Positions 1 through 10,539 of a stretch of 20,000 nt of DNA are shown here, piece after piece. Both the position numbers and the translations under genes were made by a program. How positions within the stretch are numbered: position 1 is the stretch's first letter; each line of letters starts with the position of its first letter. The stretch is from Priapulus caudatus (Eukaryota), in the NCBI RefSeq assembly GCF_000485595.1, contig NW_014577083.1, forward strand, positions 82,050 to 102,049, given 5' to 3'. Under the pieces are notes generated by a model. The model did no database searches, had not been told where the DNA came from, and saw nothing but the letters and a program-made list of their open reading frames with translations.

Positions 1-49
1 GTCCCAGTGTACCAAGATAACCTTGCAGCGTCAATGCTTACCCAGTTAA

Positions 50-270
50 TCTTCTTCTTCTTCTTCTTCTTCTTCTTCTTCTTCTTCTTCTTCTTCTTCT
101 TCTTCTTCCTCTTCCTCTTCCTCTTCCTCTTCCTCTTCCTCTTCCTCTTCCTCTTCCTCTTCCTCTTCCTCTTCCTCTTCCTCTTCCTCTTCCTCTTCTT
201 CTTCTTCTTCTTCTTCTTCTTCTTCTTCTTCTTCTTCTTCTTCTTCTTCTTCTTCTTCTTCTTCTTCTTC
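50..270. repeat. Compound microsatellite (CTT)n-(CTTCCT)n-(CTT)n, followed by a CT-rich tail to ~372
   Basis: Read directly; explains the poly-F/FL and poly-R/RG ORFs. Confidence 0.98.
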
Positions 271-870
271 TTGTTCTTCTCCTCCTCATTCCCCTCCTAC
301 TCCTTCTCCTTCTCCTCCTCTCCTCCTCTCCTCCTGCCCTCCTCTTGTTCTTCTTCTTCTCTTTCTTTTTCTTCATTATGTACCAAGAACACCCTCAATC
401 TATATCCAGGTAATCATACTTTTCAAGGTAATGCTGCTACCACAATGTAAACCCAGAAAATATAAATATTGAAATAGGATAACCCGTTCCACCCCATCTA
501 TGTACAAATCCAAATATCGTTGGCTCTATATATATATGTACCCAGGCAATCGACCGTGATAATGTGTATATATGGCGTAATAACGATATATGTAATATAA
601 TAGCGAAACCATCACAAAATCCTGGTTATTTATGGTCGAAGATTCTGTAGAATTCTTGTTAATGCTAATGCATTTCCACGCCGGACTCGTGCGAAAGCAC
701 GATCATGTTTTGTGTCATCAACTCGTTCTATATATATAACGTAGGGAAACGAGTTTTCTACGAGCGCGGCTGTCATATTATCAGCAGTGATCTATGTGTG
801 CTCTGCTGCGATGCTGCCCGTTAGCGAGATAATGTTTTAGATCATATGGGCTGTGTAGTCATATGGGCAT

Positions 871-937
871 TTGGAATGAAAATGATTTTGGAATGAAAAT
901 GAATTTCGAATGGAAATGAATTTGAAATGAAAATGAA
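871..937. repeat. Degenerate ~17-bp tandem repeat, 4 copies (TTGGAATGAAAATGATT-like)
   Basis: ttggaatgaaaatgatt / ttggaatgaaaatgaat / ttcgaatggaaatgaat / ttgaaatgaaaatgaatt. Confidence 0.85.
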
Positions 938-1005
938 TTATAAATAAATAATAAAAATATCCGTAGCCATCTCGGCCACCATAATGTAGGATCATCCGGT
1001 AATCT

Positions 1006-1131
1006 ATGTTTCAAATTGTACGTCGAAAGAGTACAGGTGATGACGAAACGGATGTGACTGAGAGCAGACGAGAGGAAGTCAAGCGGGCCGGAAGTCATGG
1101 GCGAGAGGTTGTTGAGGATGAATTCGTCGAG
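1006..1131 (+). CDS. Putative exon 1 of a coiled-coil / MYPT-like leucine-zipper gene (MFQIVRRKSTGDDETDVTESRREEVKRAGSHGREVVEDEFVE)
   Basis: ATG at 1006 with an in-frame TAA at 1000; strong donor GAG|GTGAGT at 1131/1132, phase 0. The 5' boundary is uncertain: this could be an internal exon with a weak acceptor at 1029 or 1036. Confidence 0.55.
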
Positions 1132-1321
1132 GTGAGTGGCGCGCAACAATGCTGAATAGAATGCGGTACATTTAGCAATATCAATCATGTGTTATGATAA
1201 TCCTCATGTTAGTAAACACAACCCGCGTCACGAGTATAGGCAGCATTAGCAGCCGCAGTTGCAACAGCTAGCAACAGAAGCAGCTGCAGCGGAAGCAGTG
1301 GCAGTGGTGACAACAGCAAAA

Positions 1322-1348
1322 ACGACGACGACGACGACAACGACAACG

Positions 1349-1405
<57 letters not shown>

Positions 1406-1415
1406 GCAGCAGCAG
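1322..1415. repeat. Trinucleotide microsatellite (ACG)n-(ACA)n-(GCA)n
   Basis: Read directly; lies in predicted intron 1. Confidence 0.97.
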
Positions 1416-1508
1416 CTACAACGCTATTATATTGTCATGGGCGATTAAAGCTTCTTATAAGTTGTTTTTCATAACGGCCATAAAATTAGCCGTGATTTTC
1501 AAGTCACG

Positions 1509-1523
1509 TAATAATAATAATAT

Positions 1524-1556
<33 letters not shown>
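1509..1556. repeat. (TAA)n microsatellite
   Basis: Read directly. Confidence 0.97.
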
Positions 1557-2143
1557 TACGTAATAAATATGTATTCATAGTTAGTCATGGTTAACCCCAG
1601 CCCGTGCACAAAGCTTTGCGGTGCCATTAGAATCGCTCGGCTGCAAACTCTATTGATTTTCCTGATGACAAACATCCGTGCGCGTGAACGTCCCATGGGA
1701 GCTAGTGGCAATATGGACCCAGCGTATGTAACCACAATAGTCATCAAACGTCTTATTTCGTACGGGTGGGAATATGAAGGGTTAGTAGAAAGGTTGAGTT
1801 ATGACGTCGGTGTATCCAGCGACTCCCCGCTGCAAGCGTTTACCTGCTTTTACGCTCGTTGACCAGGAATAAATTATTTTCTCACGTTTATGAATTCCTT
1901 TAGTTGTCTTTTTTTCAATTGTAAGTGATACTTGCGATAGCACTGCAACGAGTATCAGTCGCATCATCAATTCGTAAATCGATTCAGTTTAGCTGTGTGT
2001 AGAATAAACTTATTCAACACCATACGCGAGATCAAAGTCGTTCTGCGACGGTTGTTCGGTGTGTTGAAAGTATAGTGGAAATGTGAAACGGTAAAATAGT
2101 TGATAACGGTAAAACGGTTAACGTCGATTATCTCGCATTGCAG

Positions 2144-2187
2144 AACGCCTGTCATGGTACGCTCTATCTGAGGAGAGGCGGTAAAAG
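2144..2187 (+). CDS. Putative exon 2 (NACHGTLYLRRGGK + 2 nt)
   Basis: Acceptor tctcgcattgcag|, donor AAG|GTACGT. The 44-nt exon enters in phase 0 and leaves in phase 2, exactly bridging exons 1 and 3. Confidence 0.55.
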
Positions 2188-2330
2188 GTACGTTCATATT
2201 TCCCGACCGCGGTGTCCGAAACGATCCTGAATCTAACGCAATGATCACAGTATATTTCCACAGCTCTTAGAGCTCTAATGTGCAGTTCGTAATTGCGTTC
2301 TTATTTGTTACATGGCCACTGTCTATGCAG

Positions 2331-2333
<3 letters not shown>

Positions 2334-2369
<36 letters not shown>
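2334..2369. repeat. (AT)n microsatellite
   Basis: Read directly. Confidence 0.97.
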
Positions 2370-2371
<2 letters not shown>

Positions 2372-3256
2372 CGGAATTAATAGAGTTGGAGTTTAATAGA
2401 GTTGGAGTGGTGTTGATTTCTTGTACCTATAGCCTTATTTTCAGCCCGAGGCAACAATGAGTCGTAGTTACATTACCTATTAGTTCAATATGCTCGACTT
2501 GCCACAACATTTAACGAGGAAGAACGATGTTAATTGTGTTACGTAGTATCTAGCAAATATTGAAGAAAACAGGGGAACCGGGGGAAGTTGCAATGTGAGA
2601 AATAAAGAATTGAGATCAGAGAAAATAATAAAGTGAGGCAAAGAAGAAAGGGTCCGATGTAAGGGAAAGGGCAAAGAAAGGTGACAAAAGTCCAAAAAAT
2701 GGAGAATCAGAAAAAAAGAGGGAATGTGCAAACCACATCATGAAGAAAAATGAAAGACGGGAAAGTAAAATAGGAGGCAATAAAGAGAAAGGAAGTGGAG
2801 AAGAATTAGTGTGCGTATATGTGAGTGTGAACGAGAGGAAAAGAAAGCAAATGAGCTAGAGAATAAGGAGAGGAAAACGAGAAATGGAGAAAAGGAGAGC
2901 GAGATGAAGACAGAGTGGTATCCCATAATATTACTGGCCGTATTGTCAATCTGTTGGCGATTGCATGTCGCACGATTGCGCGTAAAAACTAGAGATATGC
3001 CAACATAACGTGTCATTCCTAATGTTCCAACGTGGATTGAAACAATACAATCACGAAAATGAATACCAGAATTGAAAAATGATTGGAGGAAAATGGACTA
3101 AAAAAACCAACGCAATAAAATATATACTGTGTGCCACACAGTGACGAGCATAGGTCTCTAACTCGTAAATCCCGGGCCGGTTAGATCAGATATACAGCAA
3201 AGTATCATCACGCATGTATAATATAGATCTATCTATAATTTATATATATATATATA

Positions 3257-3329
3257 TCAAGAGCTAATAATACCTATTATTAGCTCTTGGTATTATTAGC
3301 TCTTGATTATAGGTATTATTAGCTCTTGA
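3257..3329. mobile_element. Tiny MITE/foldback element embedded in (TA)n
   Basis: Perfect inverted repeat CAAGAGCTAATAATACCTAT (3258-3277) / ATAGGTATTATTAGCTCTTG (3309-3328). The interior holds two more partial copies of the right TIR. TA flanks both sides. Confidence 0.7.
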
Positions 3330-3403
3330 TATATATATATATATATTATGCCGTCGTTGCCTCGTTATCTTGACTTTATTGTCTTCATGGTTTATGGTTT
3401 AAG

Positions 3404-3560
3404 TCCCTCCGATTTAGAAGCGGACTGTGAAGACAACCGAGAGTCGGACTCGGTATCCAGTCTCAGCGCCTGTCTGCCGATCTCACCGAAGAAAACGCCT
3501 CTGCTCGCCGGAGAGGAAGACACTGCGATTTCGCACCCGGAGAACAATGATGCATCAGAG
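3404..3560 (+). CDS. Putative exon 3 (PSDLEADCEDNRESDSVSSLSACLPISPKKTPLLAGEEDTAISHPENNDASE)
   Basis: GC-richer open frame between acceptor tttatggtttaag| and donor GAG|GTAATC; phase 2 in, phase 0 out; part of ORF 3348..4001. Confidence 0.7.
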
Positions 3561-3595
3561 GTAATCATTATATCGCCCAATTCTTTGTATAGTAT

Positions 3596-3622
3596 CTCTC
3601 TCTCGCGCACTCGCTCTCGCTT

Positions 3623-3663
<41 letters not shown>

Positions 3664-3674
3664 TTCTATCTCTA

Positions 3675-3722
<48 letters not shown>

Positions 3723-3806
3723 ACCCTTTCTCTATCTCTCTCTTTCTCTGTCTCTGTCTCTCTTTCTCGCTCTCTCTTTCTCTCTCTCTCTCTCTCTCAT
3801 CTCTCA

Positions 3807-3865
<59 letters not shown>

Positions 3866-3922
3866 TCTTTCTATCTCTATCGATCTTTCTCTCTCTTTCT
3901 CTCTCTCTCTTTCTCTCTGTCT
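3596..3922. repeat. Interrupted (CT)n microsatellite
   Basis: Read directly; explains the poly-SL ORF tail. Confidence 0.97.
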
Positions 3923-4007
3923 CCATCCCACGTTCCCATATATCTATGTATCTATATATTCATCTATCGTATCACTTTTCTTCCTTCATTCTTTCCCTTA
4001 ATATTAA

Positions 4008-4053
<46 letters not shown>

Positions 4054-4057
4054 ATAA
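4008..4057. repeat. (ATT)n microsatellite
   Basis: Read directly. Confidence 0.97.
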
Positions 4058-4145
4058 TTGTAATAAAATTTGGTCAATTTATTCAACTATGTACTATATA
4101 ATTGTGTTTAGAATAAAATATTTTATAGATTATTTTATGTATTTA

Positions 4146-4208
4146 TGTGTGTGCGTGCGCTCGTGCGATCGTGTGTGTGCGTGCGTGCGTTTGTGTGTGT
4201 GCGTGCGT
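4146..4208. repeat. (GT)/(GTGC) degenerate microsatellite
   Basis: Read directly. Confidence 0.9.
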
Positions 4209-4404
4209 CTGTAATTGTGTCATTCATTGCTAACAATCTATGACCCTGTCTGTTAAGTGTTAAGAAGGATACATCAGTACTAATATTGGTATATTTTTTG
4301 TGTTATGCCCGAGGTCGCCATCTAAAAAGTAAATTCATAGCAATAAGTGATATAATTGGTATGCGTTAGTGAGAACAAAATACATTCGTGCTGTGTTATT
4401 GTAG

Positions 4405-4518
4405 TGTAGTCCACTGTTGGAGCAAGAGAGAGAATCGAATAGGGAGCTGAGCAGCAGATTGCAGGTGGGAGAGCAGAGAGTTGCAGAACTGGAGTATAAG
4501 ATCACCACACTGACCACG
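4405..4518 (+). CDS. Putative exon 4, coiled coil (CSPLLEQERESNRELSSRLQVGEQRVAELEYKITTLTT)
   Basis: Acceptor gttattgtag|, donor ACG|GTATGT; 114 nt, phase 0/0; heptad-like hydrophobic spacing with E/R/Q-rich composition. Confidence 0.78.
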
Positions 4519-5107
4519 GTATGTTTCAGCAGCCGTGACAGGACTGTAGAACCATTCTTGGCTCAACCGTGGCATAAGTGGTCTTAGTACCAGCAGTGTG
4601 ACAATATCGTATGGAATCGCTCTATGCTAACTGGGGTAGTAGTACACCTACGCGTGGTAGCATGTTAGTAAATTTGCAGTTAGCAATTTTCTTGTCACAA
4701 ATCTATCGCAAACTATCGGTTCCGCTAATATAGAAGTATAGAGATGCGTATAGAAGCGTAAGAAAATTAGTAAAGTGTCAGACTGGTAGTAAGTAGTCAG
4801 TTCAGTAATCAGTAATAATTTAAATCAATCAGTCACCGATGGGGTAAGCGCAGAGTTTGTTACCACAAAAACATCGTTTGTTATGTATTGCCAAAAAAAA
4901 GAGAATTAATTTGTTTCATTTTTTTATACAAGAATACTTGAGCTAACGCAATATGTTGTTTCTCGCAATGGCAATTTAGCAGCTGGCAATGTAATTTCTC
5001 AAAATAACCATTACTGATTGATAAGGTTTTTCTTAGTTTAGTACGACTGCTGAAATGATTCACCTGTGTGGTAGCGTAATGTTTTGAATATAACCCGCTG
5101 CTTGCAG

Positions 5108-5221
5108 ACCATCGAGAGGCTGAGCCTTGAGAATGAGCAACTTCGTGAGGAGAACGGCGACCTGAGAGACGAGAACAAAGCCATACTGAGCAGTTCCCGG
5201 AAATTGAGCTCGAACGATTAA
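5108..5221 (+). CDS. Putative terminal exon 5, leucine zipper (TIERLSLENEQLREENGDLRDENKAILSSSRKLSSND*), PPP1R12/MYPT-like C-terminus
   Basis: Acceptor ctgcttgcag|, phase 0, stop TAA at 5219-5221; Leu/Ile every 7 residues. LRDENKAILSSSRKLS resembles the MYPT1 C-terminus LKDENGALIRVISKLSK (recalled from memory, not searched). Confidence 0.8.
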   Translation, partial: TIERLSLENEQLREENGDLRDENKAILSSSRKLSSND

Positions 5222-6600
5222 GGACTGCGGCTTCGGATTCGGATTTGGTTTTCCGGATTCGGGCTGGCAGTCACAGTGTGACAGATATTATAGTTTCTGC
5301 GGGGGAGTATAGCGCGGTCGTGCCACCAGCTTTCGCTCTCCCGCAGCTTATTATGGAATGTCAGTAGTGGAGAAGTCCATCTCCTGTATTTGGTATTAGA
5401 GAGAAGGGCTCTAGGACCTCCTCCCCATACCAGGTCGAAAGAAGTGTCCGAACTACCTACGGATTACCCTTTCCCTTCTATTTGTAGTCCTGTACTGTAA
5501 AAGCTAGTTAAGTCGTCCACGCGTGTAGGCCTATACGTGCAAATCTTCACGCGGCTGGCTGTGAACTGATATTAAAATCCTAATACATGTTTGCCTATAA
5601 TCTGGATGCTTTTCATTATTATAGATGTTCACATATCTTGTCAAAGTCTATACTTGTATAGATATATATGTTATTAGATTCCATAGCGTTATATATAGCA
5701 ATTAAATTTATTGACATTCGGCACTTGTATAACTCTAACAGCATTTTGACATATAGTATCAGTACCACTCGACGCGGGCTAATAGTGTGAGAGCCAGCAC
5801 ATACCTAGAAATTGCCAGCCGTCACTCTTGAATAGTGTTATGATACATGCATTTTAAAACGTATAATAATAGCTTGTGTACACTGTAAATATAGCGCATA
5901 CATACATGCAGCGGTTTATTTAAAATAAAAACTCATGTATGCCGTATAGTAGCCGTCGCGGAGATGATTTGTGCTCAATGAATTTACGAATGCGTTGGTA
6001 TTTATTGTGTATATGGACACACAGAATGCATATCATTTTAGTGGATAAAGAACTTGATAGAAAGTCTGTATTAGTAATAAATGTGATAATGTTCTCACTG
6101 ATCATACAATAGCTGTAGAAATCGTCCAAATTAACACAGTAGTTAGATAACAATTAATTCAAAGTTTAAGCCAATATATTGATCTCGAGAAAATATTTGC
6201 TAGTAGTACACGCCTCCAACATTATTTATATGTATAGAGATTACTGTTGATGGATTCATGATGCCCAAATCTCAATATGCATGTGGTTTGGAATACGGGT
6301 GATTACTAGCTTACTGAGGAATCACGAGATCGGTTCGTGGCTAATGCGCGAGGTCAAATTAAGTAATTTCATCATCAATTAAAATTCGTTGTTTTAATCA
6401 TGGCATCTACATGAAGTCGTCATCGTAAAACTATACCAGATAACTAGACAATGTGACATTTTATTTATTGTCGTTTATGTAATCATTTTAGTATTGAATT
6501 AATGGCGAATGTATCTCATTCGCGGACCCAACAAATATGATCGGAAGAAGTATAGAATCATCAGGTACACGCTGCACACTGATATAAATATTATATAATA

Positions 6601-6878
6601 TCAAGAGCGTATAAAGAAGGATCTTCTTTAGACGGGCCTTTCTTATACCCTTTAGACGCTTAGACCCTTTAGACCCTTTAGACCCTTTAGACCCTTTAGA
6701 CCCTTAGGTCCTTTAAGGGGTTTTAAAGGTCCTTTATGGGGCACTTCCTTTTAAAGGGGTTTAAATGTCTTTTTAGTTTCTTTATAGGGACCCTAAGGGA
6801 CCTTTAGACCCTTTCGACCCTTTAGACGGGCCTTTAGACGGGACTTCTTTAGAGAACGCCTTCGTTATACGCTCTTGA
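6601..6878. mobile_element. MITE with 20-bp TIRs and an internal 9-bp tandem repeat
   Basis: TCAAGAGCGTATAAAGAAGG ... CCTTCGTTATACGCTCTTGA (19/20 complementary). TA on both sides, or ATAATAT duplicated if the element is taken as 6602-6877. Internal (AGACCCTTT)n at ~6648-6706 and ~6790-6840. Confidence 0.85.
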
Positions 6879-8077
6879 TAATATATGTACGATGTTCATC
6901 TATCGACACTATTGGTTTTATCCGCTGGTCATATTCTTGGTAACCTAAGCCATTTACCTAACGTCAGGTAAGAGGCAGTAGGTCTCCTCAGTAAAATAGT
7001 ATATAACTCACACAGTACTCCGTGATGCTCTAGTTAAGATTGATGAATTGTCGTGTTGGTTAGTATCCAAAGCTTTTGTAGTGAAGTAAGGAAATATCGC
7101 GCGCGACAAATTATTATTATCCGCACATTTAAAAAGTGTTATATATTCTGATAAAGAGAAATATAGTATTTCTTCTAAATTCAAATTCATAATTTGTTAT
7201 ATAGTTTTTTTTTCAATTTATTCCATAAACAGACCTTTGCAAATGTACCCTATAGTGTTATTTATCCGTAATTGAAGAAGTGAATAGGACGTTTGCGTGA
7301 ATACTTCAGATTAGTCTAATTGGTATGCAAATGTACTAGTAGTTTCCCAATTATATATAATATATCTCAGAGAATACAAAACACGTTTACTTTAAAAAAT
7401 GTATTTACTTAATGAATATATTTTCTAGTCCCATAATACTTTATAAGAAGGTTTTCGCCTCTTTGTATTTCTCGTACATGTATATGCATTAATTGAGAAG
7501 AAAAGTCTTTCGATAAAGGAATGGAGGCAATGATTAACCGTTCTAAATTCGATTTGGGTATTTTAAAACCTAAACCGCTTACTGCTATGTCCGTCATTTT
7601 TTATTAGAATTGACGGACATGTATGCATAATAAAAATTTAAGTAAGCCTGCTGCCTTACAAATTATTTATCGCATTGAATGAAACGGAATTCGGCGACGA
7701 TTACAAGCAAGTATTAATGACTGCCGACTTCAAGTGATATTGGATACGTAGGCCTACATGAATCCTATGTCCCTAACATACAACACTAGATGACGTTGCG
7801 CTGCAATATCGCAAAGTGGTTCACGCTCAATCCAACATACAGGTGCCGTCTATATATTTACATTGATCCTACTTTTAATAATTATAGTGGCATTGGCACA
7901 GCTAGCTACGTGCCAGCCCGCGCACACGCGACAAAATATTTTCAGTGCTAACAGCTCACACCAGGCAGACGACACAATAGGCCTACTACCGAATACAAAC
8001 AAAAATTAATACAATAATTAAGAGGATTGCCCACTCAATCTGGTATATATGGCAAGTACTTTCCGCGGACACTGGAC

Positions 8078-8604
8078 CGTGTGCATGGTAAAATCTGATC
8101 TACATGCTTCACTTCGCTCTGAGCATCGCGACACGATTCCCAGCTATGCTAATGTATGGGCAAATGGCGCTGCGACGTCGGTCGCCGTTGACTGCCAAGA
8201 TAATATTCTTCGGCCGTTCTTATACGTTCAAACTGGAGCCGGCAGGCTAACAGCACGCGTGCATTGTAAAATCTGATCTCCATGCTTCACTTCACTCGCA
8301 GCATCGCGCCACGATTCCCAGCTATGCTAATGTATGGGCAAATAGCGCTGCGACGTCGGTCGCCGTTGACTGCCAAGATAATAATCTTCGGCCGTTCTTA
8401 TACGTGCATGCAAACTGGAGCCGGGCAGGCTGACAGCACGTGTGCATGGTAAAATCCTATCTACATGCTTCACTTCACTCACAGCATCGCGCCACGATTC
8501 CCAGCTATGCTAATGTATGGGCAAATGGCGCTGCGACGTCGGTCGCCGTTGACTGCCAATGTAATATTCTTTCTACGTCCAAAGTGCAGCCGGGCGACAG
8601 CACG
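8078..8604. repeat. Tandem repeat, ~180-bp monomer, 3 copies
   Basis: Copies start at 8078, 8256 and 8439 (periods 178 and 183). Shared core CACGATTCCCAGCTATGCTAATGTATGGGCAAAT-GCGCTGCGACGTCGGTCGCCGTTGACTGCCAA. The third copy is internally deleted near its end. Confidence 0.95.
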
Positions 8605-8857
8605 ACGTGCGCGTGGAATCAGCTTCGTGGAATCAGCGCGGAATAAGCAGCGGAATGGCTTATTGAACCGCGTGCAGAATGTAGACCATAATGTAGTGCC
8701 ATAGGCATGTTTGCCAGAGATAGTGAATTCAATACCTCTATATAAAGGCGGGCACGACGCGCGTATATATTTATTACGACAGATCAATGTCTTTGCCGGC
8801 TGATTTTGGGTGCGAGAGTCGATTTGGCAACAATAACTGTGACGTCACAATTTCAAG

Positions 8858-8988
8858 GCCGGTGTCGCGCGAAATTCCTGACGTGTGCGAAATACATGAT
8901 ATAGGATGCGTATTAAATCATCAAACTCTGGCATACGCATCCTATATATCATGTATTTCGCAAGTCAGGAATTTCGCGCTACACCGGC
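8858..8988. repeat. Long inverted repeat (palindromic MITE-like element)
   Basis: 56-bp arms at 8858-8913 and 8933-8988, complementary apart from one mismatch and two 2-nt indels; 19-nt loop. Confidence 0.9.
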
Positions 8989-9669
8989 GAACATCCGTTG
9001 GCGTGATTAAGTGCACGTCAACTTTTAACTTTAAATTGTACTATTGTTACGAGTCCGTACAGTAACTGTTTCACTTCAACTGCGAAGACGGTGGCTCGGA
9101 CTAGCGTATACGGAACTAACGAAAACGTCGGATGTCTCCTGTGGCACGAGTAAATCTTTACTCGTAAATAACATGGAATTGATCTATACTCGACGTTTCT
9201 GTGTGGCCAGTGTGGCTAGATATTCATGAACGGATATTCATCTAGGACGATGCCAGAATCACATGGATTGGGACGCATGCGACCATTTTCCAAAGCTTAT
9301 CTACTGAATATTGGCCAGAACGAGCAAAGATATACAACACTACTCAACGTGTCATGATTTACCAACGCTGACGCCATGGAAAAGGTATAGGTACCTCGTT
9401 ATAATTTCTATCAAACTCGATTACAGCCATCGCTTGTGAATCACGCTAAGAAAACCATGGCACAACACCATGAGAATTTATTCCCGCGACAAGCTGATTG
9501 TTTCAAGATATTACCCGATTGCACTGGCTGTTAGCTTGCACGTTATTTTGAGTTTACCGTGGACATGAGCATATATTAGCGAGACTCATTCAACGAATGA
9601 TCCACTAAATTTTACAATAAATAGTTGGATGAACTCCATAAGAAGTAAATAATTGTAGCGTAGACACAT

Positions 9670-9670
<1 letters not shown>

Positions 9671-9735
<65 letters not shown>
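9671..9735. repeat. (CA)n microsatellite running into the gap
   Basis: Read directly. Confidence 0.98.
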
Positions 9736-10539
9736 NNNNNNNNNNNNNNNNNNNNNNNNNNNNNNNNNNNNNNNNNNNNNNNNNNNNNNNNNNNNNNNNN
9801 NNNNNNNNNNNNNNNNNNNNNNNNNNNNNNNNNNNNNNNNNNNNNNNNNNNNNNNNNNNNNNNNNNNNNNNNNNNNNNNNNNNNNNNNNNNNNNNNNNNN
9901 NNNNNNNNNNNNNNNNNNNNNNNNNNNNNNNNNNNNNNNNNNNNNNNNNNNNNNNNNNNNNNNNNNNNNNNNNNNNNNNNNNNNNNNNNNNNNNNNNNNN
10001 NNNNNNNNNNNNNNNNNNNNNNNNNNNNNNNNNNNNNNNNNNNNNNNNNNNNNNNNNNNNNNNNNNNNNNNNNNNNNNNNNNNNNNNNNNNNNNNNNNNN
10101 NNNNNNNNNNNNNNNNNNNNNNNNNNNNNNNNNNNNNNNNNNNNNNNNNNNNNNNNNNNNNNNNNNNNNNNNNNNNNNNNNNNNNNNNNNNNNNNNNNNN
10201 NNNNNNNNNNNNNNNNNNNNNNNNNNNNNNNNNNNNNNNNNNNNNNNNNNNNNNNNNNNNNNNNNNNNNNNNNNNNNNNNNNNNNNNNNNNNNNNNNNNN
10301 NNNNNNNNNNNNNNNNNNNNNNNNNNNNNNNNNNNNNNNNNNNNNNNNNNNNNNNNNNNNNNNNNNNNNNNNNNNNNNNNNNNNNNNNNNNNNNNNNNNN
10401 NNNNNNNNNNNNNNNNNNNNNNNNNNNNNNNNNNNNNNNNNNNNNNNNNNNNNNNNNNNNNNNNNNNNNNNNNNNNNNNNNNNNNNNNNNNNNNNNNNNN
10501 NNNNNNNNNNNNNNNNNNNNNNNNNNNNNNNNNNNNNNN
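9736..10539. other. Assembly gap (N run)
   Basis: Read directly. Confidence 1.

Noticed and set aside
7..450. ORFs 7..450, 38..376, 1209..1403, 1259..1474, 15469..15720 and 19669..19878
   Set aside because: They are open only because they cross microsatellite or low-complexity DNA.
2547..2920. Purine-rich stretch translating to K/E/R-rich peptides
   Set aside because: All + frames have stops, the composition alone explains the open stretches, and it is not needed for the phase-compatible gene model.
4301..4600. LTR-like TGTTATGCC...GGCATAA followed by a PBS-like TGG
   Set aside because: There is no terminal CA, no second LTR and no gag/pol. The interval is better explained by spliced exon 4 (4405-4518).
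6885..6968. ATG-started short frame ending at a strong donor CAG|GTAAGA
   Set aside because: I found no convincing downstream partner exon; an isolated donor match is expected by chance.
7896..8784. Minus-strand Helitron ends around the 180-bp triplet (CTAG near 7903, TC near 8783)
   Set aside because: The hairpin is weak and the termini are too short to support without additional genomic copies.
8049..8787. Repeated peptides in ORFs 8049..8276 and 8440..8646, and overlapping ORFs
   Set aside because: They are products of the ~180-bp DNA repeat; the frame is not preserved between copies.
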